This document shows positions 1 through 8,006 of a stretch of 64,000 nt of DNA, piece after piece (position 1 is the first letter of the stretch; every line of letters starts with the position of its first letter). A program made the position numbers and the translations under genes. The notes beneath the pieces were generated by a model. That model was not told the DNA's origin, made no database searches, and saw only the letters and a program-made list of their open reading frames with translations. The DNA comes from an uncultured virus (IMG/VR IMGVR_UViG_3300013005_004049) (taxonomy: Duplodnaviria; Heunggongvirae; Uroviricota; Caudoviricetes), in the IMG/VR virus record IMGVR_UViG_3300013005_004049, positions 1 to 64,000 of that record, one strand, 5' to 3'.

Positions 1-2348
1 TTAAATACCCATCTGATGCTTGCCTGTGCTGTGGAGTGTGACACACCATTTTGATACTGCTGTACTACAGCAATACCACCCACAATGTTTTGTCGTGGAG
101 TAAAGTTGATTCCTGCTCTAACTGTGCTTAGGCTAGTATCTGTGTGACTGGCTTCTAGCATAAAATTCACAGCGTCTTTGATCACAGTGTCATAGCGCAA
201 GCCCAGTTCACTCACTGTGCGAGTACGATTAACACTGTCATATGACATGGCTGTGATAGCATCACCAGACTCTATCAGTGCATTGCGCTTGTTCTGTTCC
301 ACACGAATACCACCAAACGGCCTAAAGCCGCGCCAGTCTGGCGTATACAATCTGTTGCTGATCCAAGCATCTGCACCTGTGGTTTTACCAGAGTTTGAAT
401 AACCTAGGTCTGGCAACAGATGATAGTTGGTAAAACTGTTCTGAGCATAACCTACATCAGTTTTGAACAACCAATTGTTATGGTTGTACAGGCTGTAGAT
501 ACCCACATGGTCTTTGGTAAGTGATCCACCTGCATCTTGCCCTGACAGTGTGCCGCGCACATGATTGTATTGTAGACCCACTACCCAGTTGCCCTTGATC
601 TGTTTTTCGTGCCCAACACCAAGGCGACGGTTGGTTAACGAGTAGGTGTCGTTGGTGTTGGTTGTGCCACCTTCTGTAACTAGATACCACCAGCCTTTTT
701 CCTGACTACCAGCATTACGAGTTCTGCTGGTCAATCCTTCACCATTGCTGGTATGACGACTTAACACATCGCTGTCCAAGTTCATGTTCATACGATTGTT
801 AGCTGCCTCCAACTGACTGTATTGATCAATTCTAGTGTAATAGTTTTGATTGCTTGAAGTTGTTACAACTTCGTTGGTAGTAGTTACATTGGTTGTGACA
901 TCGTTACGCACAGTCACAGTTGTCACTGGAGTTCCGTCGGCGGTAGTAGTAGTACCATCACTCCAGGTTGTTACTGTTCTAGGAGTGGTAACTGTGGTCA
1001 CTGTTACAGGTGTTGTTTGAGTTGTAGTAGTGGTCACAGGTGTTGTGCTTACCACTGTGGTTGTACGCACCACTGCCAACTGTTTGTTATCAGCTGTGGC
1101 GTCACCGCGGTTATTGGCATGAGTAACTACCTCTACAGTGTTGCCACGCACAATAGTAGCACTTGTTACTGTGGTGCCTGGGGTTTCTGTTGTCACAACC
1201 TGCGAAGTACCAGGTGCGGTGCTGACCACAGTGGGGGTAGTATTCAAGCTAGATGTCGCTCCGGATGTGCCAGGATTGGCCACTGTACCATCGCCTGTGT
1301 CTGTGCTGGTTGTTGTGCTGGCGCTGTTGTAGTAATAGCTGACTTCAGATACTTGCACACTGTTACAATTTTCAGTTCCCAACCAACCACCACCGTAGGC
1401 CGCCATACAGTTTGTCATGTTAGGATATAAATCCAGAGCCTTGGTGCTGTCAAAGGTGATAAAGTAATAAACATAGGCATTGGTATTGGTAAAAGTGATA
1501 TCGCTAGATGCAGTGAAGCGACTGTCACTGAGAGTTATGGCTTGATTGTCAACAATAGTAGTCCAAGTCTTGCCATCATTGGAGCCAAACAAACTGAATT
1601 TGCTGGGATCTCTTGGAGCATAGTCGTTGGCAGTGGTTATAGTTAACTTTTCCAGCACACGACCTTGATCCAGCTTGATTGTAAAACCAGCACTGGCACG
1701 ATCAAAGTTCAGGTATTTTGTGCCTGAGTTGCCATCAATCACATTGGTAGCACCTTCTCCCGACGGACTGTTATTGCTAGTCGGAGTCACTTGTACCACA
1801 TTAGCACTGGTAATTGCTGTGTATGTTGGCGTGGTGCTGCCGCTACCGGCTGTTTGCCCTGCTGCCAATGGGGTGGTGCTGGCCCAGGTGTAACTGCTTA
1901 TATCACCGGCACTAACACTGGTGTCCATATTGGTAAAACTGGCACTGGCACCGTAATTGTAGCCCTCTGCTGTGGAAATTACATTTCCAAGCCATCCACT
2001 ACCAAGATAAAAGATAGCTCCACTTCCCAGTGCTGTTATCTGTCCTGTAGAGTGGATTATTCTATTCAGTGTGTTGTCACTGTTGTACAATCCCATACCA
2101 TGAGTGCCATCACCATTGTCAATGAATTTGAAATATTGACCAGCGGTGGCTGTGACAGTTTGGAAATTGGAATCATACGGTGCAATAAAATTTGAAGCGT
2201 TTAAGGTAGTTCCGCTCCAGTTGTATTGCACATCAAAGATTTGATTAATACTAAACGCACCATCTGTTACTGCGGCATTGGTGTTTGAAACCATGCCCAT
2301 GGCCAAGGCCATAGCGGCCACGAAGGCCATTACTTTTTTTATTATCAT
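1..2348 (-). CDS. Autotransporter-like outer-membrane adhesin: signal peptide, F5/8 type C (discoidin)-like domain, Thr-rich stalk, C-terminal beta-barrel; 3' end runs off the window
   Basis: Hand-translated; absent from the ORF track because there is no stop in the window. ATG 2348 after GGAG. MIIKKVMAFVAAMALAMG signal; NVIDGNSGTKYLNF...FSLFGSNDGKTWT discoidin-like segment; T/V-rich stalk; amphipathic strands ending ...QASIRWVF at the edge. Confidence 0.75.
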   Translation of the reverse strand, partial: MIIKKVMAFVAAMALAMGMVSNTNAAVTDGAFSINQIFDVQYNWSGTTLNASNFIAPYDSNFQTVTATAGQYFKFIDNGDGTHGMGLYNSDNTLNRIIHSTGQITALGSGAIFYLGSGWLGNVISTAEGYNYGASASFTNMDTSVSAGDISSYTWASTTPLAAGQTAGSGSTTPTYTAITSANVVQVTPTSNNSPSGEGATNVIDGNSGTKYLNFDRASAGFTIKLDQGRVLEKLTITTANDYAPRDPSKFSLFGSNDGKTWTTIVDNQAITLSDSRFTASSDITFTNTNAYVYYFITFDSTKALDLYPNMTNCMAAYGGGWLGTENCNSVQVSEVSYYYNSASTTTSTDTGDGTVANPGTSGATSSLNTTPTVVSTAPGTSQVVTTETPGTTVTSATIVRGNTVEVVTHANNRGDATADNKQLAVVRTTTVVSTTPVTTTTTQTTPVTVTTVTTPRTVTTWSDGTTTTADGTPVTTVTVRNDVTTNVTTTNEVVTTSSNQNYYTRIDQYSQLEAANNRMNMNLDSDVLSRHTSNGEGLTSRTRNAGSQEKGWWYLVTEGGTTNTNDTYSLTNRRLGVGHEKQIKGNWVVGLQYNHVRGTLSGQDAGGSLTKDHVGIYSLYNHNNWLFKTDVGYAQNSFTNYHLLPDLGYSNSGKTTGADAWISNRLYTPDWRGFRPFGGIRVEQNKRNALIESGDAITAMSYDSVNRTRTVSELGLRYDTVIKDAVNFMLEASHTDTSLSTVRAGINFTPRQNIVGGIAVVQQYQNGVSHSTAQASIRWVF

Positions 2349-2427
2349 TTTTTTCTCCAACTTTATTATTGTTATTGGTGTTGGTGCTAGTATTTAGGCC
2401 AAAATGGACAAACCAAAAAATACTGAG

Positions 2428-3531
2428 TTATTGCTGTGTTATAGTGAGTGAGCTGGTACTGCCTTTGTTGACATTTTGTATAATGGTCTGACCGTCTTGG
2501 TTCAAAGTAAATGTAGCATTTTTATTGGTATCAAAAGTAGCAGTGGCCGTGTGTACACCTGCTTTGTACAGTGTGACCTTGCTGGAATCTTCATTGAAAT
2601 AATACAACAGTCCCAGTGACTTGTTGGCGGCATAGCCAGGCAACACTGGTATATCTAGTTCGTTGCTCAACAACGAAGCATTTTGTCTGTCTAGTTCATT
2701 CAATTCATTGTAGGCCAATAAATCTGCGTCTAAGTCATTTCTATCCAAGGCTGTTTTTTCATCTAGCGCATTGACATCTAATTTTGAAAATTTCAGTAGG
2801 TCAATATCTAATTCATTGAAATCCAACAGTCCTTTTTCTTTTCTGGCTATGCCTGCTTGCTCTGCGTCTGTTATTTCTTTTGGCTTGCTGATGATCAACA
2901 TGTTGCTGATATTGGCTTGATCCAATCTTACCACCGTGGGCTCGGTAGGCGGTTGATAGGCACTGTTGACCATGGTGGCCTGATAAGGAACATCCAATAA
3001 CACAACTCCTGCTAGATTTCTGACTTCTATCACACCTGTAACACAACCGCCTTTGGGATCACAACTGGGCAGCAGCATCACAAGGCTGCGCCCTAGTTCA
3101 TCCACTGTCATGGAAAAATCAGTACCTCGTACGGCAATGGTAGCAGTGGGTGTTTTGATAGCTACCTGCTGGGGATTGTTTTTGGCTATCTGTCCCGAGG
3201 CATATCGTGCCGTACCCAAGGCCATGTTGATGGCCAACTTGCCTGATCCTTTCTTTGGATCATATACAAAATCATCTATGATCATTTTTGAATGTTCAGT
3301 GAGCTTGACTGTGGTTTTGTCTTCAAAGGTAAGTTCGGCCCGAGACTTGGCTGTGGAAATGGCGTCGTTCATTTCAACACCAGTATTCACAGCCGAGGGA
3401 ATACTTTTCTTGTTCCTCAGAATCTCTGTAGGACCAGTTTGTTCTGTTACTTTGCCAACTGCGGCAGCAGCTTCAATCGGACTGAGTAACAGTAACGTTG
3501 TTATTAGAACCGTTGCTGGTAATAACTGCAT
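2428..3531 (-). CDS. FecR-domain secreted protein
   Basis: Signal peptide from ATG 3531 (GGAG upstream); AELTFEDKTTVKLTEHS and IKTPTATIAVRGTDF are FecR-type motifs. Confidence 0.85.
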   Translation of the reverse strand: MQLLPATVLITTLLLLSPIEAAAAVGKVTEQTGPTEILRNKKSIPSAVNTGVEMNDAISTAKSRAELTFEDKTTVKLTEHSKMIIDDFVYDPKKGSGKLAINMALGTARYASGQIAKNNPQQVAIKTPTATIAVRGTDFSMTVDELGRSLVMLLPSCDPKGGCVTGVIEVRNLAGVVLLDVPYQATMVNSAYQPPTEPTVVRLDQANISNMLIISKPKEITDAEQAGIARKEKGLLDFNELDIDLLKFSKLDVNALDEKTALDRNDLDADLLAYNELNELDRQNASLLSNELDIPVLPGYAANKSLGLLYYFNEDSSKVTLYKAGVHTATATFDTNKNATFTLNQDGQTIIQNVNKGSTSSLTITQQ

Positions 3532-4144
3532 TTTTATTTGACACTCCACTCTGTACCAGTGTAACCGCATTTGGTGCACCGTTTGCTCCACTGCCCGATA
3601 CCGTAATTTCTCCTGAATGCAACCCCACACCAGATGCAGTGTGTGTTACATTGTTGTAGTTGCCGGTTATGGCTATGGTGCTTCTTGTTGTTCCTCCGCT
3701 GAGTGTTTGTACAGTGTTGTTATTATTACCAACTATTTCAGATCTAATGGTGTTTGCATTGCAGTTGGAAGCCAATGCTGTACCGCAGCCTACAGTTTGA
3801 TTATTGCCACTACCATCAGCAGATATAACCACAGTGGCTCCAGTGCCATTGGTTTCATTGTTTACCACTACAGAAACAGTGTTACTGGCGCCTATTTGCG
3901 TGATAGTCACGCTGTTAAGATCGCCTTTGATCAGTGCAGGATCATCTGTGTTGCCTGATCCGTCAACATTTCCATTCACAAGATTACCAGCTCCTGTTTG
4001 CGTGATTGATACTGTGGAATTATCTCCTATTTGCTCAATGTAGACATCATTGGCCCAACTGTTGGATAGCATCAGCCCTGACGCTGATAGCATGACCAAC
4101 AAACTTTTCCACAATCTACTTTTATTTTTTATTTTAGTTTTCAT
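3473..4144 (-). CDS. Curlin-like repeat protein (CsgA/CsgB-like)
   Basis: Signal peptide followed by repeated IxQxGxxNxxxxxQ units (IEQIGDNSTVSITQTGAGN, ITQIGASN, ITGNYNN); N/G/T/Q-rich; lies next to csgG/csgF. Confidence 0.7.
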   Translation of the reverse strand: MKTKIKNKSRLWKSLLVMLSASGLMLSNSWANDVYIEQIGDNSTVSITQTGAGNLVNGNVDGSGNTDDPALIKGDLNSVTITQIGASNTVSVVVNNETNGTGATVVISADGSGNNQTVGCGTALASNCNANTIRSEIVGNNNNTVQTLSGGTTRSTIAITGNYNNVTHTASGVGLHSGEITVSGSGANGAPNAVTLVQSGVSNKNAVITSNGSNNNVTVTQSD

Positions 4145-4174
4145 TTTAGCTCCAGATGCTTGTGCATCCATGTG

Positions 4175-4327
4175 TTACTTTCCCTTACTGCTCTGCTCCT
4201 TTGAAGGCGGTGCTCTCATCATTTTTGCTTCTTGCATGACTTTATCTCTCGCTGGGCTGCTCCGTTGCGGGGGCTGCGCTGGCATCTGACTGGGATGGCG
4301 CGACGGTTTGTGATTGAACCAACTCAT
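4175..4327 (-). CDS. Small Pro-rich hypothetical protein overlapping the csgG 3' end
   Basis: AAGGAG-N7-ATG at 4327 (MSWFNHKPSRHP...); fills the gap before the curlin-like gene. Confidence 0.5.
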   Translation of the reverse strand: MSWFNHKPSRHPSQMPAQPPQRSSPARDKVMQEAKMMRAPPSKEQSSKGK

Positions 4328-5141
4328 CTTTGTTCTCCTTAATTTGCGTTGTGCCACTGGCTGCAAGTTTTTTATATCTCCACAAGCCTTTCTTTTCGCC
4401 TGCTATGACCATGTCATGTACTGCTTGTTCTATGGCAACTCGCACAGCATAGGTAGTCGGTTCATTAAGAGCAGATCCATTTTCAAGCTCAAGGGCCTTG
4501 GTACCTGCGTCTACAAAACGCAACACACCCACATTGTGCTGAGTGCTATAGATAGTTTTGCTAACAGCATTGCTTATTAGAACTTCACCACTGTTAACAC
4601 TGATCAATCTGAGACTGATAACGATTTCATCCACACGGTATTGTTGGCTTCCACCAATGCCTAAAAATCTAGCACCGTTGCCGCCACTTCTTATGTTGCT
4701 GTCATACCCTATAATGCCACCTTCAATCAGCACTCCTGCCACAGTCATTGGTTTCAATGGCCTAGCATCTTTTCCTTCATATACTTCTCGTTGATTGCGT
4801 ATCAGCTGGCGCTCTTTGATCAGATTATCAAGCCCCACACGCTCTACCACTTTGAACCAGTTGTTGGCGTCTTGCAGTGATTTTATTAAAAACACTTCTG
4901 CGCCCTGAGTGACTGCTTTTGAAAACACAGCCAATCTGTCATTGGGTTTCATCTGCCCTGTTTTGTCCGCAAATCCATACACAGCTATGGTTATAGGTGG
5001 CCCATCCAAGTCAGGTAATTTTGTTACTAGATTTTCTTTTGGCAGTAGTGCAACAGGCTCTTCTTTGTTCAGGTCCATGTTTACATGAGCACATCCCGAG
5101 AGAGCTGTCGCAAGGATTGTGTATAGCAAGATGTGTTTCAT
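4242..5141 (-). CDS. csgG: Curli secretion channel lipoprotein CsgG
   Basis: Lipobox LSGC; IAVYGFADKTGQ, SKAVTQGA, WFKVVERVGLDNLIKERQLIR, EGGIIGYDSN, GIGGSQQYRVD. Confidence 0.92.
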   Translation of the reverse strand: MKHILLYTILATALSGCAHVNMDLNKEEPVALLPKENLVTKLPDLDGPPITIAVYGFADKTGQMKPNDRLAVFSKAVTQGAEVFLIKSLQDANNWFKVVERVGLDNLIKERQLIRNQREVYEGKDARPLKPMTVAGVLIEGGIIGYDSNIRSGGNGARFLGIGGSQQYRVDEIVISLRLISVNSGEVLISNAVSKTIYSTQHNVGVLRFVDAGTKALELENGSALNEPTTYAVRVAIEQAVHDMVIAGEKKGLWRYKKLAASGTTQIKENKDELVQSQTVAPSQSDASAAPATEQPSER

Positions 5142-5587
5142 TAAAATGCAAAGCTCGCTATTGGGACAATTATTTCTGTTCTGCCACCTGTAGCTTCAAT
5201 TATGGTCAAAGTTACATCGGTGCCAGTTTTAACCCAACTGATATTTGTACCTTGAAAGTCCATGCTACCGCTGTTGCCGCCACCTTCAGCAAACATTTGA
5301 TCAGCCAGCTGTTTGGATAATTGGGCGTAGATACGGGCTTCTACATTTACAAGAAATTTTGCAAGATTTGTTTGTTTTGCGGCTGCTTCTGCTTTGGCCA
5401 ATGCTGCGGCTGCTTCTGCTTTGATTTCTTTGGCTTTGTTTTCTTCCATCTGGAAGATGGAAAGTACATGTTGGCTGTAGCCGTTGCCCGGTATAAACGC
5501 AGGGCTTTGAAATTGATGCACCAGCTCGGTTGGACGAGCAACCGCTGATACAGTGACTAGCGCCACCACCAGCAGTAACCTTTTCAT
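5141..5587 (-). CDS. csgF: Curli assembly component CsgF-like
   Basis: Signal peptide, ELVHQFQSPAF..GNG, RIYAQLSKQLADQMF, TDVTLTIIEATGGRTEIIVP; coupled to csgG. Confidence 0.8.
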   Translation of the reverse strand: MKRLLLVVALVTVSAVARPTELVHQFQSPAFIPGNGYSQHVLSIFQMEENKAKEIKAEAAAALAKAEAAAKQTNLAKFLVNVEARIYAQLSKQLADQMFAEGGGNSGSMDFQGTNISWVKTGTDVTLTIIEATGGRTEIIVPIASFAF

Positions 5588-5696
5588 CTTCCCAGCTCCT
5601 TTTGATAATTCCGCAGGGCTTGTTGATGATTTTAATTGATAGAAACGCCCTTGTTATGTAAGTATTTACAACATCAAGAGCATCAATTCACTGGTG

Positions 5697-6038
5697 CTAT
5701 TTTGGTAAATTGGGCAGTATAAGTTTGGTTGACCCAGTGCTGATTATACGGTGCAGGATTTCACTGTAAAAACTGTCTAATTCGCCACTAAATTTTCCAA
5801 TCAAACTTTTACTTAATTCTGTGGCCCTTGCACAATCGTTATTTTTTACAGCCTGTATCAACTGCTCGTGTAGTGCTACATTAGATTCAAGTGATGCCAT
5901 TTCCATTACAATTTGCTCCACTGGCAACACACAAAAGGCAGGAACAAGGCCGTCAGGATGCGGCATACTGTCTAGCTCTAGCAAGGTATATCTTTTGCGT
6001 AATTCGTCGGCAACTGCTTGTGTAAGAACAATATGCAT
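5697..6038 (-). CDS. Hypothetical protein resembling the C-terminal part of class III adenylate cyclases
   Basis: YTLLELD...HEQLIQA...LIGKFSGELDSFYSEILHRI pattern; no catalytic core. Confidence 0.4.
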   Translation of the reverse strand: MHIVLTQAVADELRKRYTLLELDSMPHPDGLVPAFCVLPVEQIVMEMASLESNVALHEQLIQAVKNNDCARATELSKSLIGKFSGELDSFYSEILHRIISTGSTKLILPNLPK

Positions 6039-6039
6039 G

Positions 6040-6279
6040 TTACCACCGTTGACTTTGTTCTCTAAACGCTTCTAGTCTAGCTGCTTTATTACTTTCTGTT
6101 GCGGAACTCTGATTGCCGGTGTTTGCTAGCATGGCTGTTTGTACCACAGTTTGTTCAATGCTGTGTACTGTGTTCTTTAGTTCTTCTACATCGTCAAGTA
6201 TAAACTTGATTCTGGTATCCATGGCTTTGACAATACTAATCAGTTCGTCAACTTTGCTATCAGTTTCTTTTTCGTACAT
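6040..6279 (-). CDS. Hypothetical coiled-coil protein
   Basis: Tightly packed ORF with heptad pattern. Confidence 0.6.
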   Translation of the reverse strand: MYEKETDSKVDELISIVKAMDTRIKFILDDVEELKNTVHSIEQTVVQTAMLANTGNQSSATESNKAARLEAFREQSQRW

Positions 6280-6830
6280 TAGGCATGGGCCCTTTCTTTA
6301 GGGTTAACAACTTTTGCTTTTTTATATATTTCTTGAACACCAATAGCTTGATAATAACAATCCATAAGAGCATTGTGTGCTGCTCTGCGCGATTTATCTC
6401 TTGGGTCGCCGTGTACACCAAACAATGTACGACTGTCACGAATTTGCCAGAATTGCCATGGTGTGGGCTTGCCCAGCTGGCGATACAAGTTTTCTAAAAT
6501 AACAATATCAAACGCAGGCCCTTGACACCAAATACTGTCAACTCCTACTAGAAATCTGTTCAGACTGGAGGACAATGTTTCTAGACTCACTCTGTTTGAT
6601 TCGCCCATGGCTTCTTCAAAAACTTCAGATTCTTGTTTTCCCCACCAGTCAACAGTTTCTTGTTGTACATGACGGCCCAGGCTCAGTTGTTCGTCGACAT
6701 CAATGCGCAGATATAAACCTGCTTCTGCATCAACATCCTCCTCCCAGGGATTGAATTTCACAGCGCCAATGGTTAAGATCACGCTTTCTGGGCGTGTGCT
6801 CAGAGTTTCTAAATCAAGCATCACATCCAT
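6279..6830 (-). CDS. DEDDh 3'-5' exonuclease (Rv2179c/DUF5051-like)
   Basis: VMLDLETL, WCQGPAFD, RDSRTL, HNALMDC motifs. Confidence 0.88.
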   Translation of the reverse strand: MDVMLDLETLSTRPESVILTIGAVKFNPWEEDVDAEAGLYLRIDVDEQLSLGRHVQQETVDWWGKQESEVFEEAMGESNRVSLETLSSSLNRFLVGVDSIWCQGPAFDIVILENLYRQLGKPTPWQFWQIRDSRTLFGVHGDPRDKSRRAAHNALMDCYYQAIGVQEIYKKAKVVNPKERAHA

Positions 6831-7159
6831 TAGCCGTCTACCTCAAGTTTGATTTGCAAGGGAAATCCGTTGTTTCTTGCCAGCAGTGTGGTTTCTATAC
6901 CTTTTTGCTCGGCCAATTCAAAAGGATACACTGCTACAACACCACTGCCTTCTTCATGGATTTGAACAGTTTTGGCTTCGGCAGCTTCGGGTCCGTATTT
7001 GAATATATTTTTCAAGCATTCAACAATAAATTCCATGGTAGTAATTTCATCATTGACAAAAATTACTTTGAATAGTTTTGGCTCTTGAACATTCAACTTT
7101 GGATCATGTTTCAAAGCATTTTCTTGTCTGGGCTTGATAGCAGTGTCGGTTGGCATCAT
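6830..7159 (-). CDS. clpS: ATP-dependent Clp protease adaptor ClpS
   Basis: FKVIFVNDEITTMEFIV, IHEEGSGVV, ELAEQK, FPLQIKLE. Confidence 0.92.
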   Translation of the reverse strand: MMPTDTAIKPRQENALKHDPKLNVQEPKLFKVIFVNDEITTMEFIVECLKNIFKYGPEAAEAKTVQIHEEGSGVVAVYPFELAEQKGIETTLLARNNGFPLQIKLEVDG

Positions 7160-7168
7160 TTTCTTTCC

Positions 7169-7201
7169 AAAAGTAAAAGGCTACGAGTTGCCTCGTAGCC
7201 T
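7169..7201 (-). terminator. Rho-independent terminator after hsp20
   Basis: 10-bp stem AGGCTACGAG/CTCGTAGCCT (7178-7201), GCAA loop on minus strand, then T-rich tail. Confidence 0.75.
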
Positions 7202-7209
7202 ACATTATA

Positions 7210-7662
7210 TTACTTAGAGAAAGTAATTGCAACCTTCTTGGGTTTTTGTGTTTCCGGAACTTTGTGTTCCAGAGTCACAGTGAGAATGCCATTGGCCACA
7301 CCAGCACCTATCACTTCCACACTTTCATTTAGTGGAAACACTCGTTCAAAGTTACGAGTGGCCAGGCCGCGATGTAGATATTGCCAGGTTTCTTCACTGT
7401 CGCGCTTGCGTTCACCCCGAATGGTCAGCACACTCTGTCCATAAGTATTTGTCACAGTTTCAATGTCTAATTCATTTTCCAAAAAGCCAGCCACTGCCAT
7501 TTCGATAATGTATCTATTATCACCTGTGCGAATGATATTGTGCGGTGGGTAGTTTTCTTGTTTGCTCACTTGGAAAGAGCGTTGAATCTCTTCAAACAGT
7601 TGGTCAAAACCAACAAAACTGCGATGTAGGGTGGGTAGATCTAGAGTTACATAAGTGGTCAT
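7210..7662 (-). CDS. Small heat-shock protein Hsp20 (IbpA-like)
   Basis: VGFDQLF, NYPPHNI, IEMAVAGF, YLHRGLATRNFER, NGILTV; AAGGAG RBS, ATG 7662. Confidence 0.93.
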   Translation of the reverse strand: MTTYVTLDLPTLHRSFVGFDQLFEEIQRSFQVSKQENYPPHNIIRTGDNRYIIEMAVAGFLENELDIETVTNTYGQSVLTIRGERKRDSEETWQYLHRGLATRNFERVFPLNESVEVIGAGVANGILTVTLEHKVPETQKPKKVAITFSK

Positions 7663-7720
7663 TTTATTTTCTCCTTTAAGCAAAATATGACTTGTAAGAC
7701 CCCGTAGGCATCTTACATTT

Positions 7721-7751
7721 TATTTATACTACATAAAACTGCATAAGTCAA
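7721..7751 (-). promoter_or_regulatory. Overlapping sigma70-type (TTGACT-17-TATAAA) and T4-late (TATAAATA) promoter of hsp20
   Basis: TTGACT 7751-7746; TATAAATA 7728-7721. Confidence 0.65.
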
Positions 7752-7762
7752 GTATTTTGATA

Positions 7763-7999
7763 CTAATAACTTTTTGGAGGCAAAGCATCGCTGGCTAATT
7801 TTTTGAGCCAGCGTCTACGAGCTGCACTTTTGGCTTTTTTCCTGGCCGTAGTAGGTTTTTCATAAAATTCACGCTCGCGCAGTTCTTGCAGTAACCCGCT
7901 TTCGGTAACTTTCTTTTTGAATTTGCGCAGTGCTTTTTCCACTTGGTCGTTGACCACTTCTACTCGTAAACCAGACAATTGGTTAGACTTAAATCTCAT
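7763..7999 (-). CDS. rpsU: Ribosomal protein bS21
   Basis: VEKALRKFKKKV, LLQELREREFYEKPTTARKKAK; AGGAG RBS before ATG 7999. Confidence 0.93.
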   Translation of the reverse strand: MRFKSNQLSGLRVEVVNDQVEKALRKFKKKVTESGLLQELREREFYEKPTTARKKAKSAARRRWLKKLASDALPPKSY

Positions 8000-8006
8000 A
8001 ATTCTC

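Noticed and set aside
850..1330. Thr/Val-rich quasi-repeats as a non-coding repeat
   Set aside because: Explained by ACN/GTN codon runs in the adhesin stalk
217..2195. Plus-strand ORFs such as 1017-1430, 1675-1893 and 1791-2195
   Set aside because: Antisense shadows of the minus-strand adhesin gene; odd Cys/Val-rich composition and no RBS
5588..5662. Riboswitch in the csgF leader (AGGGC...GCCCT pairing)
   Set aside because: Only a 5-bp long-range stem and no aptamer consensus recognised
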